Shown piece by piece: positions 1 through 8,382 of a DNA stretch of 15,673 bases (the first letter of the stretch is position 1; every line of letters begins with the position of its first letter). The notes below the pieces were generated by a model that saw only the letters and a program-made list of their open reading frames with translations, was not told where the DNA came from and searched no databases. Made by a program: the position numbers and the translations under genes. The stretch is from positions 1 to 15,673 of the forward strand of contig JBMYOQ010000087.1 in NCBI GenBank assembly GCA_049599475.1, read 5' to 3'. The stretch comes from Opitutales bacterium. GTDB lineage: Bacteria > Verrucomicrobiota > Verrucomicrobiia > Opitutales > JABSRG01.

Positions 1-236
1 TTACCATCCAATCCCTCAACAATAAACTCAGGCGACTCATACTTATCGGGTAAAGATTTATTCTCCAGCGACCTCAAAACCCTAGAGAGTGTTGTCTTCC
101 CAGAGTAATTCCTGCCATAAATGATATTAGTTTCAAGAAATTGAGCGACGTTGTTACCTCGATCTCGAAGTGTTTGATTCCAATCGAAGTCTTGAAAAAC
201 TCCCATGTTCGTAATCTTGGAAATCTTTTTAATCAT
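1..236 (-). CDS. 5' part of an AAA_13 / RloC-like ABC-type ATPase, truncated by the window edge
   Basis: Manual translation from the ATG at 236 gives MIKKISKITNMGVFQDFDWNQTLRDRGNNVAQFLETNIIYGRNYSGKTTLSRVLRSLENKSLPDKYESPEFIVEGLDG..., open to the edge. It contains a Walker A motif (GRNYSGKT) in the NIIYGxNxSGKTTLSR context typical of AAA_13/RloC N-termini. Confidence 0.8.
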   Translation of the reverse strand, partial: MIKKISKITNMGVFQDFDWNQTLRDRGNNVAQFLETNIIYGRNYSGKTTLSRVLRSLENKSLPDKYESPEFIVEGLDG

Positions 237-392
237 ATCCTGTGACCCTTAGAATTTAATACCTATTTCACGACACCGTGGTAAACCTTAAAACGCGCAG
301 AGTTCTGAAAAAACTCTCACTCAAACCTATGCGATAACTCTGAGAATTTGAAGACCAAATCAACAAATAATCATAATCTGAAATGAGGCGAT

Positions 393-1328
393 TTAAAATA
401 CCTGCAAATAGAATTCTGCCCCAGCCAAAAGAAAGAAGCCTTCTCTTACTTCCACCTCACCACTACCCCCATCCAAACTCCAAGGATCCTGCAGCGACGG
501 TAGCTCCAGTTGTCTAAGGATCTCGTCTTGGGACCTTTCAACAACAATTGGCCGAATAATTTCATCGAAGAGGCGCTCAGCCCCGTGGACCTCTGGCTCG
601 TGGGTGATCTCCACGGGTTCCATGCGTAGACCAGATACGCCGTCGTAGGAACCGTAGCGACCTTTCCTAGGATCAAAGTCGCGCTCTTGGAGCATGGCTT
701 CTAATGAATACAGAGGCTGTCCGTCAATCACCACACGCCAACGATCAGAGAACGTAGCCCGGCCGCCGCTCATTGACTTCAATTCACCGAGCAAGCGTGT
801 GCCGCTGGGTAAAATCGTTTTAGCGTTTATGATAAGCGGGCGGACAAGCTCGGCGTAGGCTGGTTGTTCTTCCTTGGGTAATCGTGAGTCCAGCGGACGG
901 ATCATACGCGCATAGATCATCGTGCCGATGGGGAGATCGAGGGGTTCCACAGCTTCGCCGCTCTCCTCCACAGGGCCCGTGAGCTCATATTTTATCAAAG
1001 GCGCTAACGCGACACCGCGCTCTTCAACAATGACCGGCACCAGGTCTGTGACAGGTTCAGACGGAGCCTCTGGCGCGGGCACCGACGAGCGAAGCTTCTC
1101 GTAGCCATCGAATACTTTAGTGAATACCGACTTGGGCTCTTCGACATCTTCGTCGAACTGCACCCAGTCGACCGATGGCTCGGGACCCGCGGCTACCGGA
1201 GTCCAGAGCGGCTCCGTTTCAACCTCAGGCTCTTTGGCCTGCTCGCGAAATTCCCAAACCATGACGACAGACATCACAACGACGCCGGCCCCAAAAATCA
1301 GTTTCTGCCCCCTGCGTGTTTTAATCAT
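393..1328 (-). CDS. virB10: VirB10/TrbI-like T4SS core complex protein
   Basis: Has an N-terminal TM helix (LIFGAGVVVMSVVMVW), a Pro/Glu-rich linker and a TrbI-like segment (LPIGTMIYARMIRPLDS...ILPSGTRLLGE). It is the last gene of the operon and its start overlaps the stop of the upstream gene. Confidence 0.7.
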   Translation of the reverse strand: MIKTRRGQKLIFGAGVVVMSVVMVWEFREQAKEPEVETEPLWTPVAAGPEPSVDWVQFDEDVEEPKSVFTKVFDGYEKLRSSVPAPEAPSEPVTDLVPVIVEERGVALAPLIKYELTGPVEESGEAVEPLDLPIGTMIYARMIRPLDSRLPKEEQPAYAELVRPLIINAKTILPSGTRLLGELKSMSGGRATFSDRWRVVIDGQPLYSLEAMLQERDFDPRKGRYGSYDGVSGLRMEPVEITHEPEVHGAERLFDEIIRPIVVERSQDEILRQLELPSLQDPWSLDGGSGEVEVREGFFLLAGAEFYLQVF

Positions 1329-2295
1329 TGCGAGCCCTCCACATGTGAGCCGGATGGTGGTTCATATTCGCCCGCTTTGGGTCGCGCCCGAAGACGGCAT
1401 CTTCAGCCTCCAAAGGAGTCGGCAATGACCTGAGCAACGATTCCTCAACTGAGACCGAGAGGCCGAAGTCGTTTGAGAGGGCGATATGTCCGGGGCCGCC
1501 TTCCCCATTTCCGACTAATACCCCAACAAACCTCAGCGGCTTCTTGCGGTCTTTTTCGTCGCGGTAGATTTCGATCGGCGAGAATTTATAAACGGCCGTA
1601 TCATTTACGATGAGCCGCAAATTGACGTCGCTTTGCTGACGCTTTGTATCCGGGCCAATGATATACCTCACCGTTCCCATAAAGATAAGGGTATCCTCAT
1701 CGCGGAACTGAGTCACCTTCTCCAGCGAATACTCGTATGGAGAGGTATGCACCTTTGAAGAGAGTTGGCGCGACTCGCTATTTCGATAAAGCTCAGGCAA
1801 CTGGGGCTTCAAAGCAGTCTCTTCCTTGGCCAGCCGAACAAGCTCTTTAATGCGCGCTTCAGATGGCAAGCGGGTCATCTCCTGCACCTCGGGGAGCTCC
1901 AGCGTTGAGCCGACATGCAGCCCCACGACGTCATCTTCTTGGAAACGAATGACTGAGGCCGGCTCCGAGCTGGGACGTAGCTGAAATGCATAGACTCGGC
2001 CAGATACCATCACATACATGAGCACATTGAAACGGCTGATGAGAGGCTGAGCGGTGAGGGTATTTTCCGAGACTCCCACACCGTATTGAACCTGCCCTTC
2101 CCCATCGCTCACAAGTCCACTTCCCGAAAGGTGCTGGATAGGCCCAGGAAAGACCAAGAGAGTCGAAATCGCTTCGTTGAGAGGCACGTCGATTATAGCG
2201 TCCTCTTTAAGCACCTCAGTCTTGGGTGGCTGCGGCTGATACGCAGCAGCGGCGACAACAAATGCCGCGCAAGATATTGTAATTAATAATTTCAT
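1321..2295 (-). CDS. VirB9/TrbG/TraK-like secreted T4SS core component
   Basis: Has a signal peptide (MKLLITISCAAFVVAAAA) and a beta-rich N-domain (IIDVPLNEAISTLLVFPGPI...VYAFQLR). It lies between the VirB8-like and VirB10-like genes, with an ATGA overlap with the upstream gene. Confidence 0.6.
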   Translation of the reverse strand: MKLLITISCAAFVVAAAAYQPQPPKTEVLKEDAIIDVPLNEAISTLLVFPGPIQHLSGSGLVSDGEGQVQYGVGVSENTLTAQPLISRFNVLMYVMVSGRVYAFQLRPSSEPASVIRFQEDDVVGLHVGSTLELPEVQEMTRLPSEARIKELVRLAKEETALKPQLPELYRNSESRQLSSKVHTSPYEYSLEKVTQFRDEDTLIFMGTVRYIIGPDTKRQQSDVNLRLIVNDTAVYKFSPIEIYRDEKDRKKPLRFVGVLVGNGEGGPGHIALSNDFGLSVSVEESLLRSLPTPLEAEDAVFGRDPKRANMNHHPAHMWRARND

Positions 2296-2897
2296 ACAGA
2301 TTCAATCGGTTTAGTTTTCAAATTAAAATCGCTCACAACGATCGGCGTACGACCGTTTTCGAGCACACTGCGGTTCGCGACGAAGCGGATGCGGCACACG
2401 AACTCGAGGCCCTCGCGAAAGGGCTTCCCCATAAACTCACCGGTGCGGACCAACTGCCCAGAGACCTGAACAAGCACAGAATCTCCTACCATCATAAGCT
2501 GCTGAATCTCCGAAATATCTACCTGCTGATAAATCGAACGGTCCTGAAAATCGGTCGCTTCGCTTTCAATGTATTGACGCGCTTTCCGGTAAGCCTCTGG
2601 CATGAAAACGCGTTCAAGGCGCTTCATCTGACTACTATCTTTGACGCCCGATGGTTTGCGCTCAAATAGAAGCTCACAAGCGATTTGAGCATTTTCAAAA
2701 TGCAGCTCCTGCGCGTCTTCGAACCCGAATGACTTGGGGAGGAAATAGCTATCGGGCCCAATCACGAGATAGCGATAATGCTCCTGCGACGTGAACGCCT
2801 GCACAAAGACAGAGCGCTCGATCGTGAACCCAATGACAGAGGCGATAAAGAGGCTGCACCAAAGAGCTGCAGCATGTTTTCTGAGTTTGGAAATCAT
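2292..2897 (-). CDS. VirB8/TrbF-like bitopic inner-membrane T4SS protein
   Basis: Probable start is the ATG at 2897, 4 bp after the VirB6-like stop. The ORF-track start at 3104 would overlap the upstream gene. A single N-terminal TM helix is followed by an alpha+beta NTF2-like pattern (VLVQVSGQLVRTG...FVCRIRFV...PIVVSDF). Confidence 0.6.
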   Translation of the reverse strand: MISKLRKHAAALWCSLFIASVIGFTIERSVFVQAFTSQEHYRYLVIGPDSYFLPKSFGFEDAQELHFENAQIACELLFERKPSGVKDSSQMKRLERVFMPEAYRKARQYIESEATDFQDRSIYQQVDISEIQQLMMVGDSVLVQVSGQLVRTGEFMGKPFREGLEFVCRIRFVANRSVLENGRTPIVVSDFNLKTKPIESV

Positions 2898-2901
2898 AGC
2901 G

Positions 2902-3942
2902 TTATTTTTGAGAATTTTGATAAATGGACTCAGCCTCATGACTGTAGTCCCCTCCACGGGATGCCGAACGGCTGCCGAGATACCCGGCGCCCACTCCCGC
3001 GACGACAGACGAAAGGCTACTCGGTGAACCACTCGCCCTGCCGCCAAATCCGAGAACCCCTGATAGCGCAGCGGCACCCGCCACCCAACGTTTGCTCGCC
3101 CCAAATGTAGAAGCCGTGAAGCCTCCAGCGGCGGCTTGCAAGGCCCCCGCCCCCATTGATGCGGCGAAACCTTTTATCATGGATGTGCCGGCACTCACTC
3201 CCTCGGTGAGCATTTTATGCATCGCCACAGGCGCGGCAATTGAACTGAAAATGACCCACAGCCCTAAGAGAAGGATTGCCCAGAAGGCATGGCTATTCAG
3301 ATCGCCATCCGCCCCTAGGCTGAGATCAATCAGGCTCCGTGAAAACACGTTGGAAATGGCCCAGCCAAGAGGCCAGGACGCGAGGCTGACCATGCCCAAG
3401 AAAAATCGCCCCGCGATCGCCCGCAGGTTATCGTGCATATAAAACCCGACAAAGACTGGCGCAACGGCGAGCCCGTAGATCATAAAGATCTGCTGCAGCC
3501 AATTGAGGAGAAAGCTAATCGCCCAAGCGAGCTGACCACAGAGGTAAACAAACCCATAAGCAATCGCTTCGCCTACACTCGTGCCTATGCCTCGGAAGAC
3601 ATCCCAGAAGCCTTGAGACTCTTCTGGCCCCTTATCTGTGCTTAGAAGGAGCTCTGCAAAGTCCTCATGTAGCTTCTGAGGAGACGCATCTATCTGCTCA
3701 ATGAAAGCAAAAGCGAAGAGCTGAATGTCATTGAAAAGGTATGGCAAAAGCCGAATAACCACCACCGCGACCCCCAGCCCGAGAACGGCTTTAAAAATCT
3801 GACTATCGTCACCGAACATGCTACTGGCGACACGGAAAAGAAATGCGAAAACCAGTAGCAGAATCACCACAGGTTCGACATGATCGTGAAGCAGAATTGC
3901 ATATCGGTACAACTCTGGAAATGCGTTTTCGAGGTTGCTCAT
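2902..3942 (-). CDS. virB6: VirB6/TrbL-like polytopic membrane protein
   Basis: Has several hydrophobic helices, a LAVAPVFVGF...SWPLGWAI segment typical of VirB6/TrbL and a Gly/Ala-rich C-terminal tail. It follows the VirB5-like gene with an ATGA overlap. Confidence 0.7.
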   Translation of the reverse strand: MSNLENAFPELYRYAILLHDHVEPVVILLLVFAFLFRVASSMFGDDSQIFKAVLGLGVAVVVIRLLPYLFNDIQLFAFAFIEQIDASPQKLHEDFAELLLSTDKGPEESQGFWDVFRGIGTSVGEAIAYGFVYLCGQLAWAISFLLNWLQQIFMIYGLAVAPVFVGFYMHDNLRAIAGRFFLGMVSLASWPLGWAISNVFSRSLIDLSLGADGDLNSHAFWAILLLGLWVIFSSIAAPVAMHKMLTEGVSAGTSMIKGFAASMGAGALQAAAGGFTASTFGASKRWVAGAAALSGVLGFGGRASGSPSSLSSVVAGVGAGYLGSRSASRGGDYSHEAESIYQNSQK

Positions 3943-4736
3943 GGATTGAAGAGGGTTGGATCCGTAGGGAAACGATAGGTTGTAGAGCGTTTGCGAATAC
4001 CAACGCGCTGCGTCGCGCTCTGCTCTTCATCACGCGCCTCGCGGGCAATGGCTTCCTCTGAAGCATTCTGATGATGTCGCGCAATAGCGGCGGTCGCGGC
4101 TAACTCGATCTCTTTGGAGACCTCCGAACGCTGGGCATTGAGCGATGTGATCAGCGCCTGCACCTTGGAGATTTCAATCGCCGTCGTGGCACTATCGAGC
4201 CTGCGGTGAGCCGCTTGCAGCTCACGATCAATGTTCTGACGTTTTTCCAAAGCGTCTGCTTCGAGTGCGTGATAATCCGCGAAGCTTTGACGCGCTGCCA
4301 AACGAGGTTTGTAGGCAGCTGCATCGCGCTTGCCGACGACTACGCCATCGACAACGATATCGCGAGAAACCTCGCCATAGACATCCTGACGAACAAACAG
4401 AAGGTCTTCCGACAGAGTTCTCTCAAGCTCCTTTGTCGATTTGGTAACGGGCAGCTGCGTGACCAGGTCGTGGAGATCCTCGAGCTCCTGCAGCCGAATG
4501 TTCCGCGGGTCCCCAAAACGCTCCAGATAGCTATCCAACATGCGCACCTGAGAAGACATCTGCATGAACTGCTCCCCTTGGATTTTCACTTGCTTGATCT
4601 GCTGGATCAAATCTCGCCGCGAGTTAACAAGTTCCGAGTATATAGCCCGAATGTCCACTACAGGCAGCGTGGCAGAAAGAGGGACAAATAGACCCCCAAA
4701 CACAAAAATGAGAAGGCGGACAATGTTCTTCAGCAC
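3939..4736 (-). CDS. VirB5/TrbJ-like secreted helical protein (minor pilin)
   Basis: Probable GTG start at 4736 with a GGAGG Shine-Dalgarno upstream. A signal peptide is followed by LPVVD (the VirB5-type PVxD motif) and long amphipathic or coiled-coil helices. It lies immediately upstream of the VirB6-like gene. Confidence 0.6.
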   Translation of the reverse strand: MLKNIVRLLIFVFGGLFVPLSATLPVVDIRAIYSELVNSRRDLIQQIKQVKIQGEQFMQMSSQVRMLDSYLERFGDPRNIRLQELEDLHDLVTQLPVTKSTKELERTLSEDLLFVRQDVYGEVSRDIVVDGVVVGKRDAAAYKPRLAARQSFADYHALEADALEKRQNIDRELQAAHRRLDSATTAIEISKVQALITSLNAQRSEVSKEIELAATAAIARHHQNASEEAIAREARDEEQSATQRVGIRKRSTTYRFPTDPTLFNP

Positions 4737-4738
4737 TT

Positions 4739-5053
4739 TCAATCCTCCACGATGACTTTTATGGGCAGATAGTGCCCTTCGATTTGCACACCATTCACAA
4801 TGGAAGGCTCCACCCAAATGGTGTGATACTCCTCACGGATTTGCTTTTCCGCAGCGGCGTCTTGGCTCTCGTGCTCTGACATGCGGATCACCTGAGACAT
4901 GGCTTCGTCATACCCCCTCTGGCGGTAATCTTCGCCGATATCCCTGACCTGACTTTCTTGATACAAGCCAACGGATGCACATCCAGAGGCAAAAAAAAGA
5001 GGGGACAGTTTCACTGCCCCCTCGACTAATGTTTTAATCGTATTGGCATTCAT
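4739..5053 (-). CDS. Small lipoprotein within the T4SS operon (VirB7-like or entry-exclusion candidate)
   Basis: 104 aa with a lipobox-like FASG|C. It is co-oriented in the operon between the VirB4 and VirB5-like genes. Confidence 0.55.
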   Translation of the reverse strand: MNANTIKTLVEGAVKLSPLFFASGCASVGLYQESQVRDIGEDYRQRGYDEAMSQVIRMSEHESQDAAAEKQIREEYHTIWVEPSIVNGVQIEGHYLPIKVIVED

Positions 5054-5096
5054 AAGTAGTTTTTACCTACCTATCAATGCTCACAATTCGCGCGAA

Positions 5097-7583
5097 TTAT
5101 CCGTCCGTTTGCTGACTTTTCGCGACTTCGGCGTATACACCGTCGACAAAGTCGTCGTACTGACCAAGCACCATCTCCCGCTCCTCTAAATGGCCTCCTG
5201 AACTCGATGAGAGGTAGATCGCCTCAGGGCTCGAGATGCTCGAGGCACTCACGACTCGGCGACGCTTTTCATTGAAGATACAGTGCAAGAACTGCGCGCC
5301 CTCTTCTGGAGTTGGAGGGCCGAACTGCAGTAGACGCTGGGCCGCAGCATGTGGCAGCTTAAAGGCCTTTTGCAAAGCGACGACCTCTTGCTCGTAATTT
5401 TGACCGAAGAGAAAGGCCTGTCCGGAGTTACCCAAAACAGATGTTGCTAGATCCTCTGGCAACAAGGACAACTGCTGAATCGTGCAGAGAACTGCGGTAT
5501 TATGTTTCCGCATCCGCTCCATCATATCTCGCAGGAAGGCCTTACCTCCGGGAATCTGTAAGAACGCACCCAGCTCCTCAAGGACGACAACTTTGCGCAG
5601 CCCGCCCGGCAAACCCATAATGTGAGAACGCACCCAATTACCCACTACAAAGCTCGCGACAGCTTTCAGCTCTTCATCCCCGTCACTGATCTTCGATAGC
5701 TCTAAGTGGATAACATCCGCATCTAATGATATCGTACCCACCCCATCGAACAAATGATAGCCACCACGGTCCCTGCGCCATTTTTCGAGGACCAGTATCA
5801 ACTCCTGAACCTCCCGATCGAAATACCTTTCACCTTCGGCATGTTGCTCCAACCAGTCATGAAAATCAGCATGTGTGGGTTGCTCATCATCACTCATTAA
5901 GCCGTAAGACTCTTCATACGTAAGCTCCGCATCATGCTCATGCGATTCAATCCAGGCCTTACCCCAGTCTTCGAAAAAGCCTCGAACCTTTCGCGAGATC
6001 AGAGACTTCCGAATACTGTCACCCACCGCGAACGAACCAGACATCAAACCCACAATACCATCCACCCAATCATAATGCTTCGGCTTTAAGGGCTTTCCTC
6101 CGGTGCTCATGTAATTAAGCGTCTCCTTACCGTAAGGCTCAATGACAAGGGTCCGAACATCGCCAGGAAACGTCTTTACGTATGAGGAATAAGAGAAACC
6201 GACATCAACAATTACTAGCTTCTGCCAATGCGGTTGAGTCTCTGCAAGTAAACTTTGTTGAAAAACCGACTTACCTGAGCCTGTCGCGCCTGAGACGAAA
6301 GCGTGGGTTGGCTCACGCCCGAACAAATTGACCCCATGGAGGGCTTGATTTTCAGCATTAACAAAGGCCTGTGGTGTCGATTCGGGACGAACGCTATTTC
6401 CGGCTACAGGCAACAGGGACGCGAGATGAATGCACTCGACGTAGAGCTTGAAGGATGAATCTACATATGTAGCTCCCGGCATGCAGGCGATGAAGGTATT
6501 TCGGCAACTCGTCGGCAACTTAATCGCTTTGCCAGTCGCACCCTCAGTCAACTTGAACGCCGTTTTGATCGCATCCAATTTCTTCTCCAACCCTTGGACA
6601 GTAGGCTCCCACACGCGAGCATAGAACTGAATTGAAAACGGCTTAACGTCTTCACTCATCAAAAGATCTATGCGCTCTTGCTTGACCTCGATTGTTTTAC
6701 CCAAACCGCTTTGCTTGCTAGTCGCCATCGCGCGGCGCAGTTTGGCACACGCCCGCTCCTCTTTAGCAATAACCTGCTGCGCATCAATCGGCTCGATCCT
6801 GAGAGTCAGGCTGTAGTTGCTAAACGGCAAACTACACAGGGGCAAAATCCCCCCTGGTGTCGTGGCTTGAGGCATACGCTCCATTCCAACAAACCCATGG
6901 TAGTTTCCATTATAATGAATGTACCCACCCTTGGACGGCGTTTCAATTTCACCATCAAAACAGTTCTCGAAGACACTTTTACTAGGATCATAGTCCACGC
7001 GCTTCGTCGTTTTGCCGTATTTGCCCGGATTGAAATATTGGCAAAAAGACCTCTGCAAGTCTTCCTCGCCCATCAGGTGCGCATCGCCCCCTGCCCGCTC
7101 AAATCCCCGCTGGATCTCTGAAAGCGCACGCTGCAGGGATGCTTTGACTGTCTTCAGGAGATCATCTGAACTTTCAACATCATTGGTCATCTCCACGGAG
7201 CGACTCAAGATCAACTCAGCACCCGTATAGCGCAGAGTCCCTTTCTGAACAGCGCGACTATGACGGACGTAATGATAATCACGTTGACGACGACTCCACT
7301 CTACAGTGTCGAGATCACGCGTATCTTCATAGTATGGATTAAGATCTTCCTGAACGCTCGTATCCGAACGAAAATTCAGCTGCATGCGCATTCCAGGAGC
7401 GATCGCGTTTTGCAGCATGAGCCGCATTTCACGGTGCTGTTGATTCAGCAATCCTACCGGCGCGTTCTCCGTATTTGGGAACGAAACGAGCAAGGCTTTC
7501 CCAACCCAGACAAGCCCATCTTTTGCATTCGCAAAAATAATGCTATCGGAATCAATCTGACCATCATACTCCTCAGTTTTCAT
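5097..7583 (-). CDS. virB4: VirB4/TrbE-family T4SS ATPase
   Basis: 828 aa with Walker A (HAFVSGATGSGKS), the IVDVGFSY motif, a Walker B-like VVVLEELG and a C-terminal MRKHNTAVLCTIQQ motif typical of VirB4/TraC/TrbE. Confidence 0.9.
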   Translation of the reverse strand: MKTEEYDGQIDSDSIIFANAKDGLVWVGKALLVSFPNTENAPVGLLNQQHREMRLMLQNAIAPGMRMQLNFRSDTSVQEDLNPYYEDTRDLDTVEWSRRQRDYHYVRHSRAVQKGTLRYTGAELILSRSVEMTNDVESSDDLLKTVKASLQRALSEIQRGFERAGGDAHLMGEEDLQRSFCQYFNPGKYGKTTKRVDYDPSKSVFENCFDGEIETPSKGGYIHYNGNYHGFVGMERMPQATTPGGILPLCSLPFSNYSLTLRIEPIDAQQVIAKEERACAKLRRAMATSKQSGLGKTIEVKQERIDLLMSEDVKPFSIQFYARVWEPTVQGLEKKLDAIKTAFKLTEGATGKAIKLPTSCRNTFIACMPGATYVDSSFKLYVECIHLASLLPVAGNSVRPESTPQAFVNAENQALHGVNLFGREPTHAFVSGATGSGKSVFQQSLLAETQPHWQKLVIVDVGFSYSSYVKTFPGDVRTLVIEPYGKETLNYMSTGGKPLKPKHYDWVDGIVGLMSGSFAVGDSIRKSLISRKVRGFFEDWGKAWIESHEHDAELTYEESYGLMSDDEQPTHADFHDWLEQHAEGERYFDREVQELILVLEKWRRDRGGYHLFDGVGTISLDADVIHLELSKISDGDEELKAVASFVVGNWVRSHIMGLPGGLRKVVVLEELGAFLQIPGGKAFLRDMMERMRKHNTAVLCTIQQLSLLPEDLATSVLGNSGQAFLFGQNYEQEVVALQKAFKLPHAAAQRLLQFGPPTPEEGAQFLHCIFNEKRRRVVSASSISSPEAIYLSSSSGGHLEEREMVLGQYDDFVDGVYAEVAKSQQTDG

Positions 7584-7914
7584 CAGTTTCCTTTTTTGAT
7601 TTTTTCAACACAACTAGGGGCAAACGCATCATGCGCCGCACCTGAAACTCACACCAATCCGACCAGTAAGACCGGGGCTTCCCAACAATCAGCTTCATGA
7701 GCCCTAGCCACACCACGAGAGGCACTAGCGCACCGACCATGAGGCTACTGATAGGCGGCCACCCCAGGCGCTTGACCAGACAGTAGGATACAAGAAAGCC
7801 GCCCAAACAGGCGGCTCCTTCGATCAAAATAGCGTTTCCACTAAAGGGGCCGATTTTGATACCATCCTCGACCCCTTGGTTTACCCGGATCCACTCCGGC
7901 TTCTCATCATCCAT
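7573..7914 (-). CDS. VirB3-like small membrane protein
   Basis: Likely start is the ATG at 7914 (MDDEKPEW...) after an AGGAGAG SD. It has two TM helices followed by GKPRSY and overlaps the virB4 start, matching the canonical B2-B3-B4 order. Confidence 0.6.
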   Translation of the reverse strand: MDDEKPEWIRVNQGVEDGIKIGPFSGNAILIEGAACLGGFLVSYCLVKRLGWPPISSLMVGALVPLVVWLGLMKLIVGKPRSYWSDWCEFQVRRMMRLPLVVLKKSKKETDEN

Positions 7915-7927
7915 TCGAAGTCTCTCC

Positions 7928-8251
7928 TTAGAAATTGAGCAAATAGTCGATCCCATCGCCGCCGCCTGCTTCATCGAAAAGACTAACGACTATAACTGCT
8001 GAAGCGCCCATAAGGGCACTGGCAAAGACCCCGATACAGGCGGCCTTGACATCGCCATTGCTGTACAGCTGATACGCCGAGAACATGAGCCCCATGACGG
8101 CGAAAAGGACCGCAATCATGCGAAACATGTTCAGCACCCGATTCATCAAGCCTTCAACACTGGCCTGCCCGACAACAATCAAGGGCTCAGCAACATCACC
8201 GAGCCCGGAAAGGGCGAAGACATCGCCCGAGTTAAGTAGTGTCTCAATCAT
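7928..8251 (-). CDS. VirB2/TrbC-like pilin precursor
   Basis: 107 aa with a leader and two hydrophobic helices separated by a short polar loop (YSNGDVK). It is the first gene of the operon. Confidence 0.6.
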   Translation of the reverse strand: MIETLLNSGDVFALSGLGDVAEPLIVVGQASVEGLMNRVLNMFRMIAVLFAVMGLMFSAYQLYSNGDVKAACIGVFASALMGASAVIVVSLFDEAGGGDGIDYLLNF

Positions 8252-8280
8252 TATAACTAAATCATTAATTTAAGAATCAC

Positions 8281-8378
8281 GCCCAATGCGGACGTATTGG
8301 GCTATTCTGAGAGACATAGCCAATTATCCAAAAAAACAGTAATGCCCCGACGCGCACCTGAGCAAACGACGGGGCGTT
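8281..8378. promoter_or_regulatory. Two imperfect inverted repeats in the leader upstream of the pilin gene
   Basis: GCCCAATGCG-GA-CGTATTGGGC at 8281-8302 has 9/10 matching arm positions. AATGCCCCGACG...CGACGGGGCGTT at 8341-8378 has 10/12. Confidence 0.4.
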
Positions 8379-8382
8379 CGCT

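Noticed and set aside
237..392. Possible oriT or terminator between virB10 and the ATPase gene
   Set aside because: Only weak short palindromes are present and no recognisable nic motif. It is more plausibly an AT-rich promoter region, which I cannot place with confidence.
2898..3104. Extended N-terminus of the VirB8-like ORF (likewise the extensions to 4817, 7974, 9174 and from 9117)
   Set aside because: These extensions overlap neighbouring genes. Downstream starts with SD sequences or tight coupling fit better.
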